Below the pieces are notes generated by a model. That model ran no database searches. It worked only from the letters and a program-made list of their open reading frames with translations, and had not been told where the DNA came from. A stretch of DNA of 63,984 nt, the filler included, from Octopus bimaculoides (Eukaryota), in assembly GCF_001194135.2 (NCBI RefSeq). It is 6 parts of 5 records of this genome, joined end to end, with 100 filler letters (N's around TTAATTAATTAA, not from the genome) between each part and the next. Parts side by side here need not be neighbours in the genome. Positions count along the whole stretch, not along the records: positions 1 to 25,732 come from NC_068983.1; 5 more parts are not named here. One strand, 5' to 3'. Shown in pieces: positions 12,339 through 22,879 of this stretch (the first letter of the stretch is position 1; the number at the start of each line of letters is the position of its first letter). A program made the translations under genes and the position numbers.

Positions 12339-13118
12339 ATGTCAAGCCACCACTATCCCTATCATAGCTCTGAACTTCAATCGGCTGATAGCATACCAAT
12401 CGAAGATGAGGACAAACTACCTTCTCAAAACGATGATAACATATCTGAAAAGGAAGAATATGAACGTATGGAGAAATGGCTCGATGCACATCCACAATTC
12501 TGCCACAATTATTTCGTCCGGAAAGCTCAAAGACAGACGGTTGACGAATGGCTATTTCAACAATCTGAGAGCTCTTGGAGTGCTGGTCAGTCCGAGAACC
12601 CTTCAGGTTCGAGATCTAACTCGGGGGCTAACACACCGGTAAGAAAAATTTCTACGCAGGAATTGGATCGTGGTAGTTTATTAAATCCTATGGTCTCTAC
12701 TGTTGATGGAACTCCGACGTTTTTGGCTCCTTTCTCTAATACAAATCAATCGGTTTCTCAACCACAAACAAAACTTCGGAGACGTTCTCGAAGTGAACTT
12801 CAGGCATTAGACGAAAAGGAACTCATGTATGAATTAGTCAAAGACACCTCTGAAGAACTTGATGTGACATGTCTATGTTTTAAGATTCTTCAGAATGTCT
12901 GTATTCTACTCAATGCCGATCGCTGTTCTCTTTTCCTTGTTCAATATAACTATGCAGGTGAGAAAATGTTAGTTTCGAAACTCTTTGATGTCGGTTCGAA
13001 TAGTAACTATGAAGAATGTCTCAACAGCATGGAAGAAATTCGCATAGAATGGGGCACAGGGATTATTGGATACGTTGCCAAAACCGGAGAACCTCTTAAT
13101 ATTCCGGATGCTTATCAG
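12339..13118 (+). CDS. Pde11: First coding exon (260 codons, phase-0 donor) of a GAF-domain cyclic nucleotide phosphodiesterase, PDE5/PDE11 group (invertebrate Pde11-like); partial gene
   Basis: MEKWLDAHPQFCHNYFVRKAQRQTVDEW, GANTPVRKISTQELDRG..LNPMVSTVDGTPTFL, ELVKD..EELDVTCLCFKILQNVCILLNADRCSLFLV, LVSKLFDV and WGTGIIGYVAKTGEPLNIPDAYQ match the N-terminus and GAF-A of PDE5A, PDE11A and Drosophila Pde11 as I recall them. The exon ends at CAG|GTAAGA. PDE5 versus PDE11 orthology needs a tree. Confidence 0.93.
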
Positions 13119-13161
13119 GTAAGATGTTGTTTTTATTAGTTTTTAATTGATAATTCTTTTG

Positions 13162-13410
13162 GGTACTACTAAAGCAGCGCGGACCCGAACGCGCAGTCAC
13201 GCGTCCGCGCTAGCTAGTCTTGAGTGGTCGATCCTAACCCTAACCCTATCCCCAACCCTGTCCCTAACCCTAACCCTAACCCGCGTGTGCAAACGAATAC
13301 GTGTTTAGGGTTAGGGTTAGGAATAGGGTTAGGGTTAGGATCGACCACTCACGACTAGCTAGCGCGGACGCGCGACTGCGCGTTCGGGTCCGCGCTGCTT
13401 TAGTAGTACC
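13162..13410. mobile_element. Palindromic MITE with ~88-bp TIRs, telomeric-repeat interior and 8-bp TSD (Merlin-like)
   Basis: The left arm GGTACTACTAAAGCAGCGCGG...CCTAACCCTAACCCTAT (13162-13249) is the reverse complement of the right end with 2 mismatches. TTCTTTTG is duplicated at 13154-13161 and 13411-13418. Confidence 0.92.
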
Positions 13411-13819
13411 TTCTTTTGTTATTCGGTATAACTTTTCTAATTAACTTTAATCGTTTGCGATAATTGGAATTGTTTTATTAATACACGCCTTGTTTCCAAA
13501 GAACGAAACATCTTTCACATACATATATACTCAAATATACATCCATTCACACACAGATCAAGGCAGGCAAGCCGAAACTTCGAAGTGACTGTCAACATTT
13601 CTTTGAAACGGACTAGTAAATATGTATTGAGCATTTCATCAGTTTAATGTTAAAATTGTTTTATGTAGAACTTCACACACACCTACACATAGGGTTACTA
13701 CGTCTTGAGTGCGAAAGAAAGTTCAGTAATGGAATCAACCAAAAAGTTTAACTTCGTGAAGGAGGCGGGGTATTTCATGTTTGTACTCAAGAAAAAGCTG
13801 GAATAAATGTTGGAATGCC

Positions 13820-13894
<75 letters not shown>

Positions 13895-14320
13895 TTGAGT
13901 GTATATAATTATGTGTATATATGTGCATATGTGTACGTTGTTTACAAACACGCACATACAAACGTCTGTGCATACATATGTATACATACATGAATATTAT
14001 TTTTTCATGCTAAAAACGATTTATTTGTAAATTTTTACACACTCAAATTAGAAAATTGAACAAAACAGAAAACAATTGAAAAAATTAAAACGGAAAAAAA
14101 GATCAATATCATACACACATGCGTGTATGCATACTTGTGTGTGTGTGTGTGTGTGTGTGTATAAGCCAAACACGTAAATCTTGTATAAATTCATGTGTGT
14201 ATAGCATGATGTATAATATCTCAGCCTTCAAATCATTATATAGAATATTGTAGTACACTTAGACACTCACACTTTCATATACTTGAATACACGCAGATAA
14301 ATTAGATTTGTATGTATGTA

Positions 14321-14369
<49 letters not shown>

Positions 14370-15266
14370 ATATATATATATGCTTGTATGTGTGAGTATC
14401 ATGTGTATGTGTATACATGTGTACATAATGTGCCACACATGTTTGCATATACACATGTGTGTTTATATGATATTTATGAAATTAAATATAATGCAATGAA
14501 CTTCATCAGCTTACAGTTGTTTCTGCTATTAGGTGCAGTGCACTCAGGGCTGAATGTTCGTGCATCATCTTATAGCTTCCTTGGAGCTTCAAAGATGAAG
14601 TGCAAGTTTATTTGGGATAGCATTTACATATATAGGACAAGATCACCATCGAATATAGATACACACACAAGTCTGTGTGTATGTATACTTGTATTAATCC
14701 ATACATGCATGGGTAGGAAGTTTTGTTTATCAACCACATGAATTTTTTGGTGTTTAGTCCCGATGTGTGGCCGAGTAACACTAAACAAGTGTTTTGTACT
14801 ATAGCCATGAACTGACTTTTAGGCTTCCCCATGTGAATTCGATATGCAGAATCTGAAAGAAGACTATTGTGCATGTATGTATGCATGTGTGTATGTGTAA
14901 TATATATATATAAAATTAAGATTCTGTTGAATTAGGTACTGAAATTGAGGCACCTTACTAGGTCAGTATAATCTGCTCACCCAAACAGTATTAATTGAAT
15001 ATTGAATATGCAGATGCTGTGAATGGGTGTTTGTTCCCAATATTCCTGCCATGTGTGCAGACAATGCAACCCAGCTAAGTGAAGATATCCATTCTTGGTA
15101 ATTCAGACATGTACTTTTTATAAAGATACTTTCTATAGTATTTCCAAAGTGCAGATTCCAAGTTAGGCAAACAGAATATAAAATGAGTAACAATGATGTA
15201 CTGGTGTCAATTCATTATGACCATAACGAGTGTATGGGTTTGCGTATATATGTGTGTGTGTGTATA

Positions 15267-15318
<52 letters not shown>

Positions 15319-15604
15319 CCACTCGAACTCAGACACCCAAAGATAATTTTTATACAGCAGACACTAACTCAAGTGCATTGCAGTTCAATGATGGCTGAGC
15401 TGCCAAAACTTTGAAATCAGTCAACAACATTCTTGTTTTAAAGTAATATGTGTGTGTATGTATGTATGTATGTTTGTATGTGTGTGTATATATATATATA
15501 TATGTATGTATGTGTGTGTGTATATATATATGTATGTATTTGTGTGTGTATATATGTATGTATGTGTGTGTGTATATATATGTATGTGTGTGTATATATA
15601 TGTA

Positions 15605-15667
<63 letters not shown>

Positions 15668-15735
15668 GTATGTGTGTGTGTGTATATGTATCTGTGTGTA
15701 TATACACACACACACACTCACACACATACATATAT

Positions 15736-15956
15736 CCCTTTAACACTTCAATTATTCTGTCAAAAGCAATGCTTATTTGTTCACATTGCTTTGAATTAAT
15801 CATGCATTATCTTGTAGCTTTCATATTTTGATGAGGTAACTGTTCATGTTTTAGAATGACATGGTAGGCTTGGTGTGAGAGACCAGATTTGGCCAATTTG
15901 AACATGATACACCTGGAATAATTTGGCTGGATATGGCTGCTTTAAATGCTAATGGG
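15736..15956. mobile_element. piggyBac-like MITE, older copy of the 3931 family
   Basis: CCCTTTAAC...AAATGCTAATGGG; the internal sequence aligns by eye with 3931-4147. Confidence 0.6.
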
Positions 15957-16033
15957 TTTTATATATATATATATATATATATATTACTGGTGAAGGCCTG
16001 TTTATAGGGTTACCCAGAGTTTATTGCCAGGCG

Positions 16034-16092
16034 TATCATCAGACCCTAAGACTTGTTGGCCTATGGCCAACAAATCTTAGGGTCTGATGATA
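16034..16092. other. 28-bp-stem hairpin with a 3-nt loop
   Basis: TATCATCAGACCCTAAGACTTGTTGGCC-TAT-GGCCAACAAATCTTAGGGTCTGATGATA, one mismatch. Confidence 0.85.
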
Positions 16093-16166
16093 AGTTGGGT
16101 AATTCCGTTGGTAATTCCATGTGTCCTACTCAAGATTCTAAAGGTTCCTTAGAGTATATAATAATA

Positions 16167-16538
16167 TTAATAATAATAGAGTATGGAGACTTCCACAATA
16201 TTTATTTTATAGTTATATACAGCATATTACAATGACCTACATGTGTTTCCACTGCAAGGATGCATTTGCAACAATGTGCAGTCGCTGCTCTGGAAACACA
16301 TATAGGTCATTCAGGGCCTGCCTTAGGGTTGCTGGTGCCCTGGGCAAGCTGAACTTTGGCACCCTTACAAGTATAATTTTTTAAAACTTTCACAAGGAGA
16401 AAAACTGAAAATGTAGACTAAAAATGACATGACTGCCAGAGTTGCTGGTACCTTGAGCCAGCCCTGAGGTCGTTTGTAATATGCTGTATATAGCTATAAA
16501 ATAAATATTGTGCATGTACAAGTCTCTATCATTATTAA
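16167..16538. mobile_element. Foldback/MITE-like inverted-repeat element with a hAT MITE nested in its right arm
   Basis: 16194-16251 is the near-exact reverse complement of 16291-16311 joined to 16475-16512. Weaker symmetry continues out to ~16167/16538. Confidence 0.7.
16312..16466. mobile_element. hAT-family MITE
   Basis: CAGGGC...GCCCTG termini, with an 8-bp TSD AGGTCATT / AGGTCGTT (7 of 8 identical). Confidence 0.8.
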
Positions 16539-16713
16539 CATATATACTCTTTACTCTTTTACTTGTTTCAGTCATTTGACTGTGGCCATCTTGGAGCACC
16601 GCCTTTTAGTCGAGCAAATTGACCCCAGGACTTATTCTTTGTAAGCTTAGTACAGATGCTAAATGATGATGATGATGATATACATATAAATATAAAGCAA
16701 ATACTGGAATATA

Positions 16714-16931
16714 CGAGGGGGTGCTGAAAAGTTCCTGGCTTTGAGTAAGAGAAAATACATGAGGATCAGTTAATTATGATTTTATTCAACATACTCCCCT
16801 CTCAGATTTACACACTTATTGCCGTGGTCCTTCAGTTTTTGTAAACATTGTAAAAGAACTCGGAAGGTTGGGCCTCCAACTGGGCCTTTTGCGATACCCC
16901 TTAGAGTTAGGAACTTATCAGCAACCCCTTG
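16714..16931 (-). mobile_element. Mariner-derived MITE (internal deletion derivative)
   Basis: TA|CGAGGGGGTGCTGAAAAGTTCCT ... AGGAACTTATCAGCAACCCCTTG|TA. The minus strand retains the transposase end NKCVNLRGEYVE*. Confidence 0.85.
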
Positions 16932-16961
16932 TATGGTACCATTTTAATTTTGTGTTGTAAT

Positions 16962-17240
16962 TATCATCATCATCGTTTAACGTCTGCCTTCCATGCTGGC
17001 ATGGGTTGGACGATTTGACTGAGGACTGGTGAACCAGAAGGCTGCACCAGGCTCCAATCTGATCTGTCAGAGAGTGTAGTGGTTGCTTTTATGTGCCTCC
17101 GGCATGAGGGCCAGTCAGGCGGTACTGGCAATGGCCATGCTCAAATGGTGTTTTTTACGTGCCACCTGCACAGGAGCCACTCCAGCGGCACTGGCAACGA
17201 CCTCGCTTGAATGCTTTTTGGCAACGACCTCGCACGACAC
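16962..17240 (-). mobile_element. RTE-type tail family copy with internal repeats
   Basis: (CAT)n 'cgtttaacgtctgccttccatgctggcatgggttggacg', then 'ttttatgtgcc...ggcactggcaa' units. Confidence 0.7.
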
Positions 17241-17473
17241 ATATTTGTTTTTGTTTCTACTTAATCAACAAATATTAAAATGCACAAGGAATCTCAAATT
17301 ATACAGATTGGCCAAAAGTCACCTGACAGCAAATCAAAACCATTTAATTCCAAGATTCATTTATGTTTCCCAACTGAATGAATTTAGTAAAAGCATCATG
17401 AAAATTGTTCAAACTGAAGTCCATCTTGTGCAACACATTTTTCTATTCAAGTCAATACAAAATTACATATAGT

Positions 17474-17990
17474 TATCATCATCATCATCATCATCATCAT
17501 TTAACATGTTTTCGATGCTGGCATGGGTTGGATGGTTTGATTGAGGCCTGGAGAGCCAGCAGCTGCACCAGGCACCAATCTGATCTGGTAATGTTTCTAC
17601 AGCTGGATGCCTTTCCTAATGCCAACCACTCTAAGAGTGTAATGGGTGCTTTTTACATGCCACCAGCACAGGGGCCAGTCATGCGGTCCTGGAATCGATC
17701 ATATTTGGATAGTGCTTTTATGTGCCACTGGTATGGGAGCCAGTCGTAGTACTGGCATCGCCCACATTCAGATGGTGCTTTTTACATGCCACCGGCATGG
17801 GGGCTAGTCAGGCGGTCCTGGCATCGATCATGTTCGGATAGTGCTTTTTACGTGCTACTGGTACGGGAGCCAGTCAGTGGGTACTGGCATCGGCCATGTT
17901 CAGATGGAGCTTTTTATATGCCACTAGAGAGGAAGCCAGTCGGGGGGGGGGGGCACTGGCCACAGCTACGATTATGGAATTTTGATTTAC
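17474..17990 (-). mobile_element. RTE-type tail family copy with a five-unit ~65-bp internal tandem array
   Basis: Units start at ~17646, 17712, 17775, 17841 and 17907 ('gtgcttttta(c/t)(a/g)tgcc') in two alternating subtypes. Confidence 0.75.
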
Positions 17991-18529
17991 TGTCAGGTGA
18001 CTTTTGGCCAACCCCGTCTGTATGATTTTTCTCATTCAAAGTAAAGCTTCTACCTGCATACACTTGATTACTGGAATACATAGACAGATATGCCTGATAA
18101 TGACACACCTTGGATTAAACAGATTGGCTGCTTGTTTCTCTGGGAGTCTTCAAATTGATGTAGAATTCCTCTGATGAGAATCCAATAAGATTTGATAATT
18201 GATTTACGTTCTTCATTTTTTTCAGTCTACAGAGAAACAACTAAATAAACTCCATTTATAAATTTACTATATAGGTTATGTATATATATATGTGTGTGTG
18301 TCTGTGTTTATTTAATGTGTTAGGGCATTGTGCTCACAATTGCTAGATCATTGGTTCAATTCCTGTACTAGGTCGCATGTTGTGTTCTTGAACAAAACGC
18401 TTCATTTCATGCTGCCCCGGTCTACTCAACTGTAAATGGGTAACCTTGTAACAGTATAGCCTCTAATCAAGAGGAAATGTTGGCCTGCTTGTCTAGCCAG
18501 TGAGGTGGTGTCATTCAGAAGCTAAAACA

Positions 18530-18770
18530 ATGGTTGGTGTTTGGAAGGGCATCTGGCTGTAAAAACCTTGCCAAAACTGACCCTGCATGTGCTTATGCCA
18601 TGTAAAAAGCACTAAGCCCATTCTGATGAGTGGTTGGCATTAAGAAGGGCATCCAGCTGCAAAAATCCTGCCAAAGGAATCTGGTTCAAGCTTCTGCCTG
18701 GCCAGCTCCTGTCAAAGCGTCTCACCCATGCCAGCATGGAAGGCGGACATTAAATGATGATGATGATGTA
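18530..18770 (+). mobile_element. RTE-type tail family copy, duplicated head
   Basis: Two 'ggttgg...aagggcatc..gctg.aaaa' units, then 'ccatgccagcatggaaggcggacattaaatgatgatgatg'. Confidence 0.7.
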
Positions 18771-19001
18771 TAATTTGTTCAACACATGCTGCCAGCATAG
18801 AACACAGATCCTAAATGAAGATGATGTTGATGAAAAGTGTTTGTGTTTCCTTGTCTTGACATTGTGTTAGTTGTGAAGAAAAAGTATCCCTCTCGTATAA
18901 GTGGTGTTATTTATTTCCAGATTTCCCTGAAAATGTGTCCAATCAAGGTAAATATTACCTTACTTGGATTGGAAACGGATAGGGGTTGGTCATGAGAAGG
19001 A

Positions 19002-19472
19002 CCATTTTGATACCAACCCAGCTGAAACCACCTCTGGTTCTGTAGTACAAATATCTTGTTTCCATAAGTTTTGAATTAAAATCTTCCACCAAACCTTAGT
19101 TGCAATTTATGTTCCTAACACAAGCTTAATGATAACTAAGTTATTTTACTAAATTCTTATATTTAGAATTAATTGAAAGAAACACAGAGCACCTCAACAG
19201 AAATATGGTAACAAAAGGGTTAAAATATATAATAGAGAAACAATTCTTAACCCTTTCGATACCAGCCCGGCAGAAACTGCCTCTGGTTCTGTAGTACAAA
19301 TGTCTTGTTTTCATTAGTTCTGAATTAAAATCTTCCACCAAACCTTAGTTGCAATTTATGTTCCTAACAGTAGCTGAATGATAACTAAGTTATTTTACTA
19401 AATTCTTTGTTATATTTAAAATTAATTGAAAGAAACAAAGAGCATCTCAAAATAAATATGGTAATAAAAGGG
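19002..19472. mobile_element. Two head-to-tail copies of a ~220-bp piggyBac-like MITE (19002-19219 and 19251-19472)
   Basis: Both share 'cctctggttctgtagtacaaat.tcttgttt...aaaatcttccaccaaaccttagttgcaatttatgttcctaac'. Ends are AAAGGG|TTAA (19220) and TTAA|CCCTTT (19247). Confidence 0.8.
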
Positions 19473-19520
19473 AAATGTGGCCATTAAAATCATGATGATA
19501 ATGATGTATATTTAAGTACA

Positions 19521-19856
19521 AAGTTTAGGGAGAGGGCTTAGACATGGATGTTATTTGGATTTCAGCAGAGCCATTGGCAAAATGATCACGACATTCTACT
19601 TTTAAAACTGTCCAACATTGGAATCCATGGAAGGCTGTTTCACTGGTGCAATTAATAGAATCCAGCATTCTGGGATTGATGGAATCTATTGAAGCCCACC
19701 AAAAGTCTCCATTGGTGTCCCCCAAGGGACTGTGTTGGATCCACTTCTCTTCATAGAGCATGTAAATAACATCTGTAGCATGATAAAATAAAACTATTTG
19801 CAGATGACGCCAAGCTTCAAAAGATTATCTCTGGAGTAGAAGACCAAGACAAACTT
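19521..19856 (+). pseudogene. CR1-type reverse transcriptase fragment (core motifs), inverted relative to its neighbour
   Basis: Frameshifted D(V)I.LDFSRA, HDILLLKLSNIGIHGRLFHW, GVPQGTVLDPLLFIEHVNNI and LFADDAKL. Confidence 0.85.
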
Positions 19857-20285
19857 GAGTGTGCAGAAGTTGTGTTAGGCAGTCTCTCGGCCACAAATAT
19901 AGCCATGCTGGTTGGAATTTAGGAGATTGTTACTCTCCAGGAAGCCATTTATTCCTTAACACATCACCCTTTCAAATATTTAGTTGATGCAAGAAGGGAG
20001 TGAGATTGAGCGATAGTTAACTGCAAGAGACCTGTTTCCGTTTTTGAAAACTGGGGCGGTAGATTGGATGAAGGTCTGTTTTGGTAAGTAACCTGTGTCT
20101 AGTGATTTTCTCCAGAGATTAGTTGGAGGGGATGCAAAATGGTGCCTGTGTTCCTACAGGAGACTAGCAAGGGGATCTATTTGGATCTACTGCAGAGTGA
20201 GGTTTAGTTTCATTTGTTGCTGCAATGATGTCTGAGGCACTGAGAGTTATGTGAGAAATAACATAGGGAGCTGACTTCATTGAAG
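19857..20285 (-). pseudogene. CR1-type RT N-terminal fragment
   Basis: Minus strand reads SDIIAATNETKPHSA, LWRKSLDTGYLP, APVFKNGNRSLAVNYRSISL, IFERV, FLESNNLLNSNQHG and CLTQLL. Confidence 0.8.
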
Positions 20286-20340
20286 TTCCCTAAGTCACCC
20301 CACTCTCTCTCTATGTGCGTGTATATAATTATATATACAC

Positions 20341-20474
20341 ATCATCATCGTTTAACGTCCGCTTTCCATGCTAGCATGGGTTGGACGATTTGACTGAGGA
20401 CTGGTGAAACCGGATGGCAACACCAGGCTCCAGTCTGATTTGGCAGAGTTTCTACAGCTGGATGCCCTTCCTAA
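20341..20474 (-). mobile_element. RTE-type tail family copy, runs into a gap
   Basis: High-identity reverse complement of 1040-1195. Confidence 0.75.
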
Positions 20475-20857
20475 NNNNNNNNNNNNNNNNNNNNNNNNNN
20501 NNNNNNNNNNNNNNNNNNNNNNNNNNNNNNNNNNNNNNNNNNNNNNNNNNNNNNNNNNNGTAGTGGGTGCTTTTACGTGTCACACTTGTATAAAGATGTG
20601 TGTGTTATAGATGTACCTGTTTATATATATATATATATATATATGCATATATGAGACCAAGAGGTGCTTACTATATACAAGCTCTCCCACACACACACAT
20701 ATACATACGTATATGTGATGTTAGGAAGGACATCCAGCCATGCAAACTGTACCAAAACAGATACTGGAACACAATGCAGTCCTTGGATTCTGTGAAATTG
20801 CCTGACCCAGACCAGCGTTGAAGATGGATATTAAAAGATGAGGATAATGAAATGTAG

Positions 20858-20901
<44 letters not shown>

Positions 20902-21798
20902 GTAGGCATATATATGTGCGTATGTATATGTATTTATGTATATGTGGATATGTTTGTACACACATACACACGACTACAAAGGTGCTGCACTGAAGCTAAA
21001 AACGTGGTTGTGATTTGAATTTCTTACACAGCCATACCTTTGCTTGTGTATATATCTGTGTGTACGTGTGTGTGTACTCAGATATAAATAATGTATACAC
21101 ATATATGATACGTAAAATGAATTACATCATATATATGTTTTATTTATTTATAACAGTGCTTTCTCTCATTAGATACCTCATATCATGTATGTATAAATAT
21201 ACACATACATATTTTTCTATATATATCTGTATTATGGTGTGTGTGTGTGTGAGTGAGTGTATAATGCACGTATTCAACATGCTGTATTTAAAGTTTCTTC
21301 TTTCGAAAGTAACTTGATGTACTCTTTCTGTTTCTCCTGCATATCAACTTTATTAAGTAAAGCACTCGGAAAATGTCGAATGTCAAGAACTTTATGACAT
21401 TTGCTTTTTCCTCTGTTGTGTGTTTACCAGTGGCCAACGTACTATTGTTGTACCAATGGAACTGTGTGTAATGAAGTGATTCATTCTATCTCAGACCCAC
21501 AAAATGTTATCTTACGTCATATCCCGGGAAACATTTCGATCTTGTATGTATATATATATATATATATGATAGCAACATGTTGCATGGAATGACGACAAAG
21601 GAATGTATGGAAAACAGATAAAAAAACATCAAGGACGTTGACACGTTTATCCCTCATCAGTTATCAACCAAATATCATCATAGTTTCAATGCTTTATGTG
21701 TCTTATGTTGTTATATTTAACCCTGGTCGAACAGATCGTCTTTTCGTTACCTTCCTTCAGTTGACGTCATGATTGTCTTCCTGGTTATTGTTGGAACT

Positions 21799-22022
21799 AA
21801 GGTGGCAAAATGACTGAATCGTTAGCACACCGGACAAAATGCTTAGCGGCATTTCTTCCATCTTTATATTCCGTGTTCAAATTCTGCTGAGGTTGACTTT
21901 GACTTTCATTCTTCCGGGGTCGATGCAATCGAGTACCAATCAATTACTAGGATCGATGCAATCGACTTGCACTTTCCGTTCAATTATTACTGGTCCTTTG
22001 CCAAAATTAGAAAGAACTATTG
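21799..22022 (+). mobile_element. tRNA-derived SINE family A copy
   Basis: 'gaatcgttagcacaccggacaaaatgcttagcggcattt...gttcaaattctgctgaggttgactttg'. Confidence 0.7.
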
Positions 22023-22169
22023 TTTGGCATTCATCGACAATAGTTGACCCATCAAATTCCTCCTACTCTCACCACCTGGTCTTTGGGTGACTTCAGCAAA
22101 CGTTCATATCAAGTTCCTGGTTTGAGAATAACTTCCTTTCTTCATTCTATTGGTCTTGGTGGCCCTGGG

Positions 22170-22207
<38 letters not shown>

Positions 22208-22879
22208 GTGGAAAGGATCATAGGTGTATTAATAATATTACATGGAGTGCACGACCTACGCCTGGCAGCATTTTTTGTTTTTGTAACTTAAGGGCATGTA
22301 TGTAAGAATTAGGTTGTGCTTTTGGTGTTGTGTTGAAAGGGCCAACTCAACTATCAACCACTCCGAGTGGCATAAAATGTAGCTACGCCACTGGTGTTCA
22401 CAGTCCTCCCCCTCTGACGAAACGGTAAAAATAATGATTAAGAAACTTCTCCATAGTCTTTTGAGCAGGCTGAACTTGTATGCAGAACCCACTCAAATCA
22501 CAACACACCTGAAAATAGATACACGGAACAATGTAGCTATGCATTTGTGTGTGTGTGTGCATACATGCAATGTAATTATGTAATGTGTCTGTACGTAATG
22601 TATGTGCAGGAGAAAGCGCATGAATTAGTGGTTAGGATGTTGCGCTCACCACTGTAAGGTTGTTTTCGGATCCTTGAACGCGCGATACTTTGCGTTCTTG
22701 AGCAAAACACTTAATTCCACATTACTCTTGTCCACTCAGCTGGCAGAAAATGAGTGANNNNNNNNNNTAATTTTAAACATTAAAATCGTAAAACGTCAAA
22801 ACTGAAAAATTACGGAAAGAAGGGTTGTCTCCAAATCCGCCCCAATTCTCTTATTATTATTATTATTATTATTATTAGT

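Noticed and set aside
8587-13596. 19-mer CTTCGAAGT(A/G)ACTGTCAAC at 8587 and 13578, flanking the PDE exon
   Set aside because: A rough estimate shows one 18/19 match is not unexpected by chance in a window this size, and there is no third copy.
17640-17990. Regularly spaced repeats that might suggest a CRISPR array
   Set aside because: Whole units are similar with no unique spacers, they sit inside a retroposon, and there are no cas genes.
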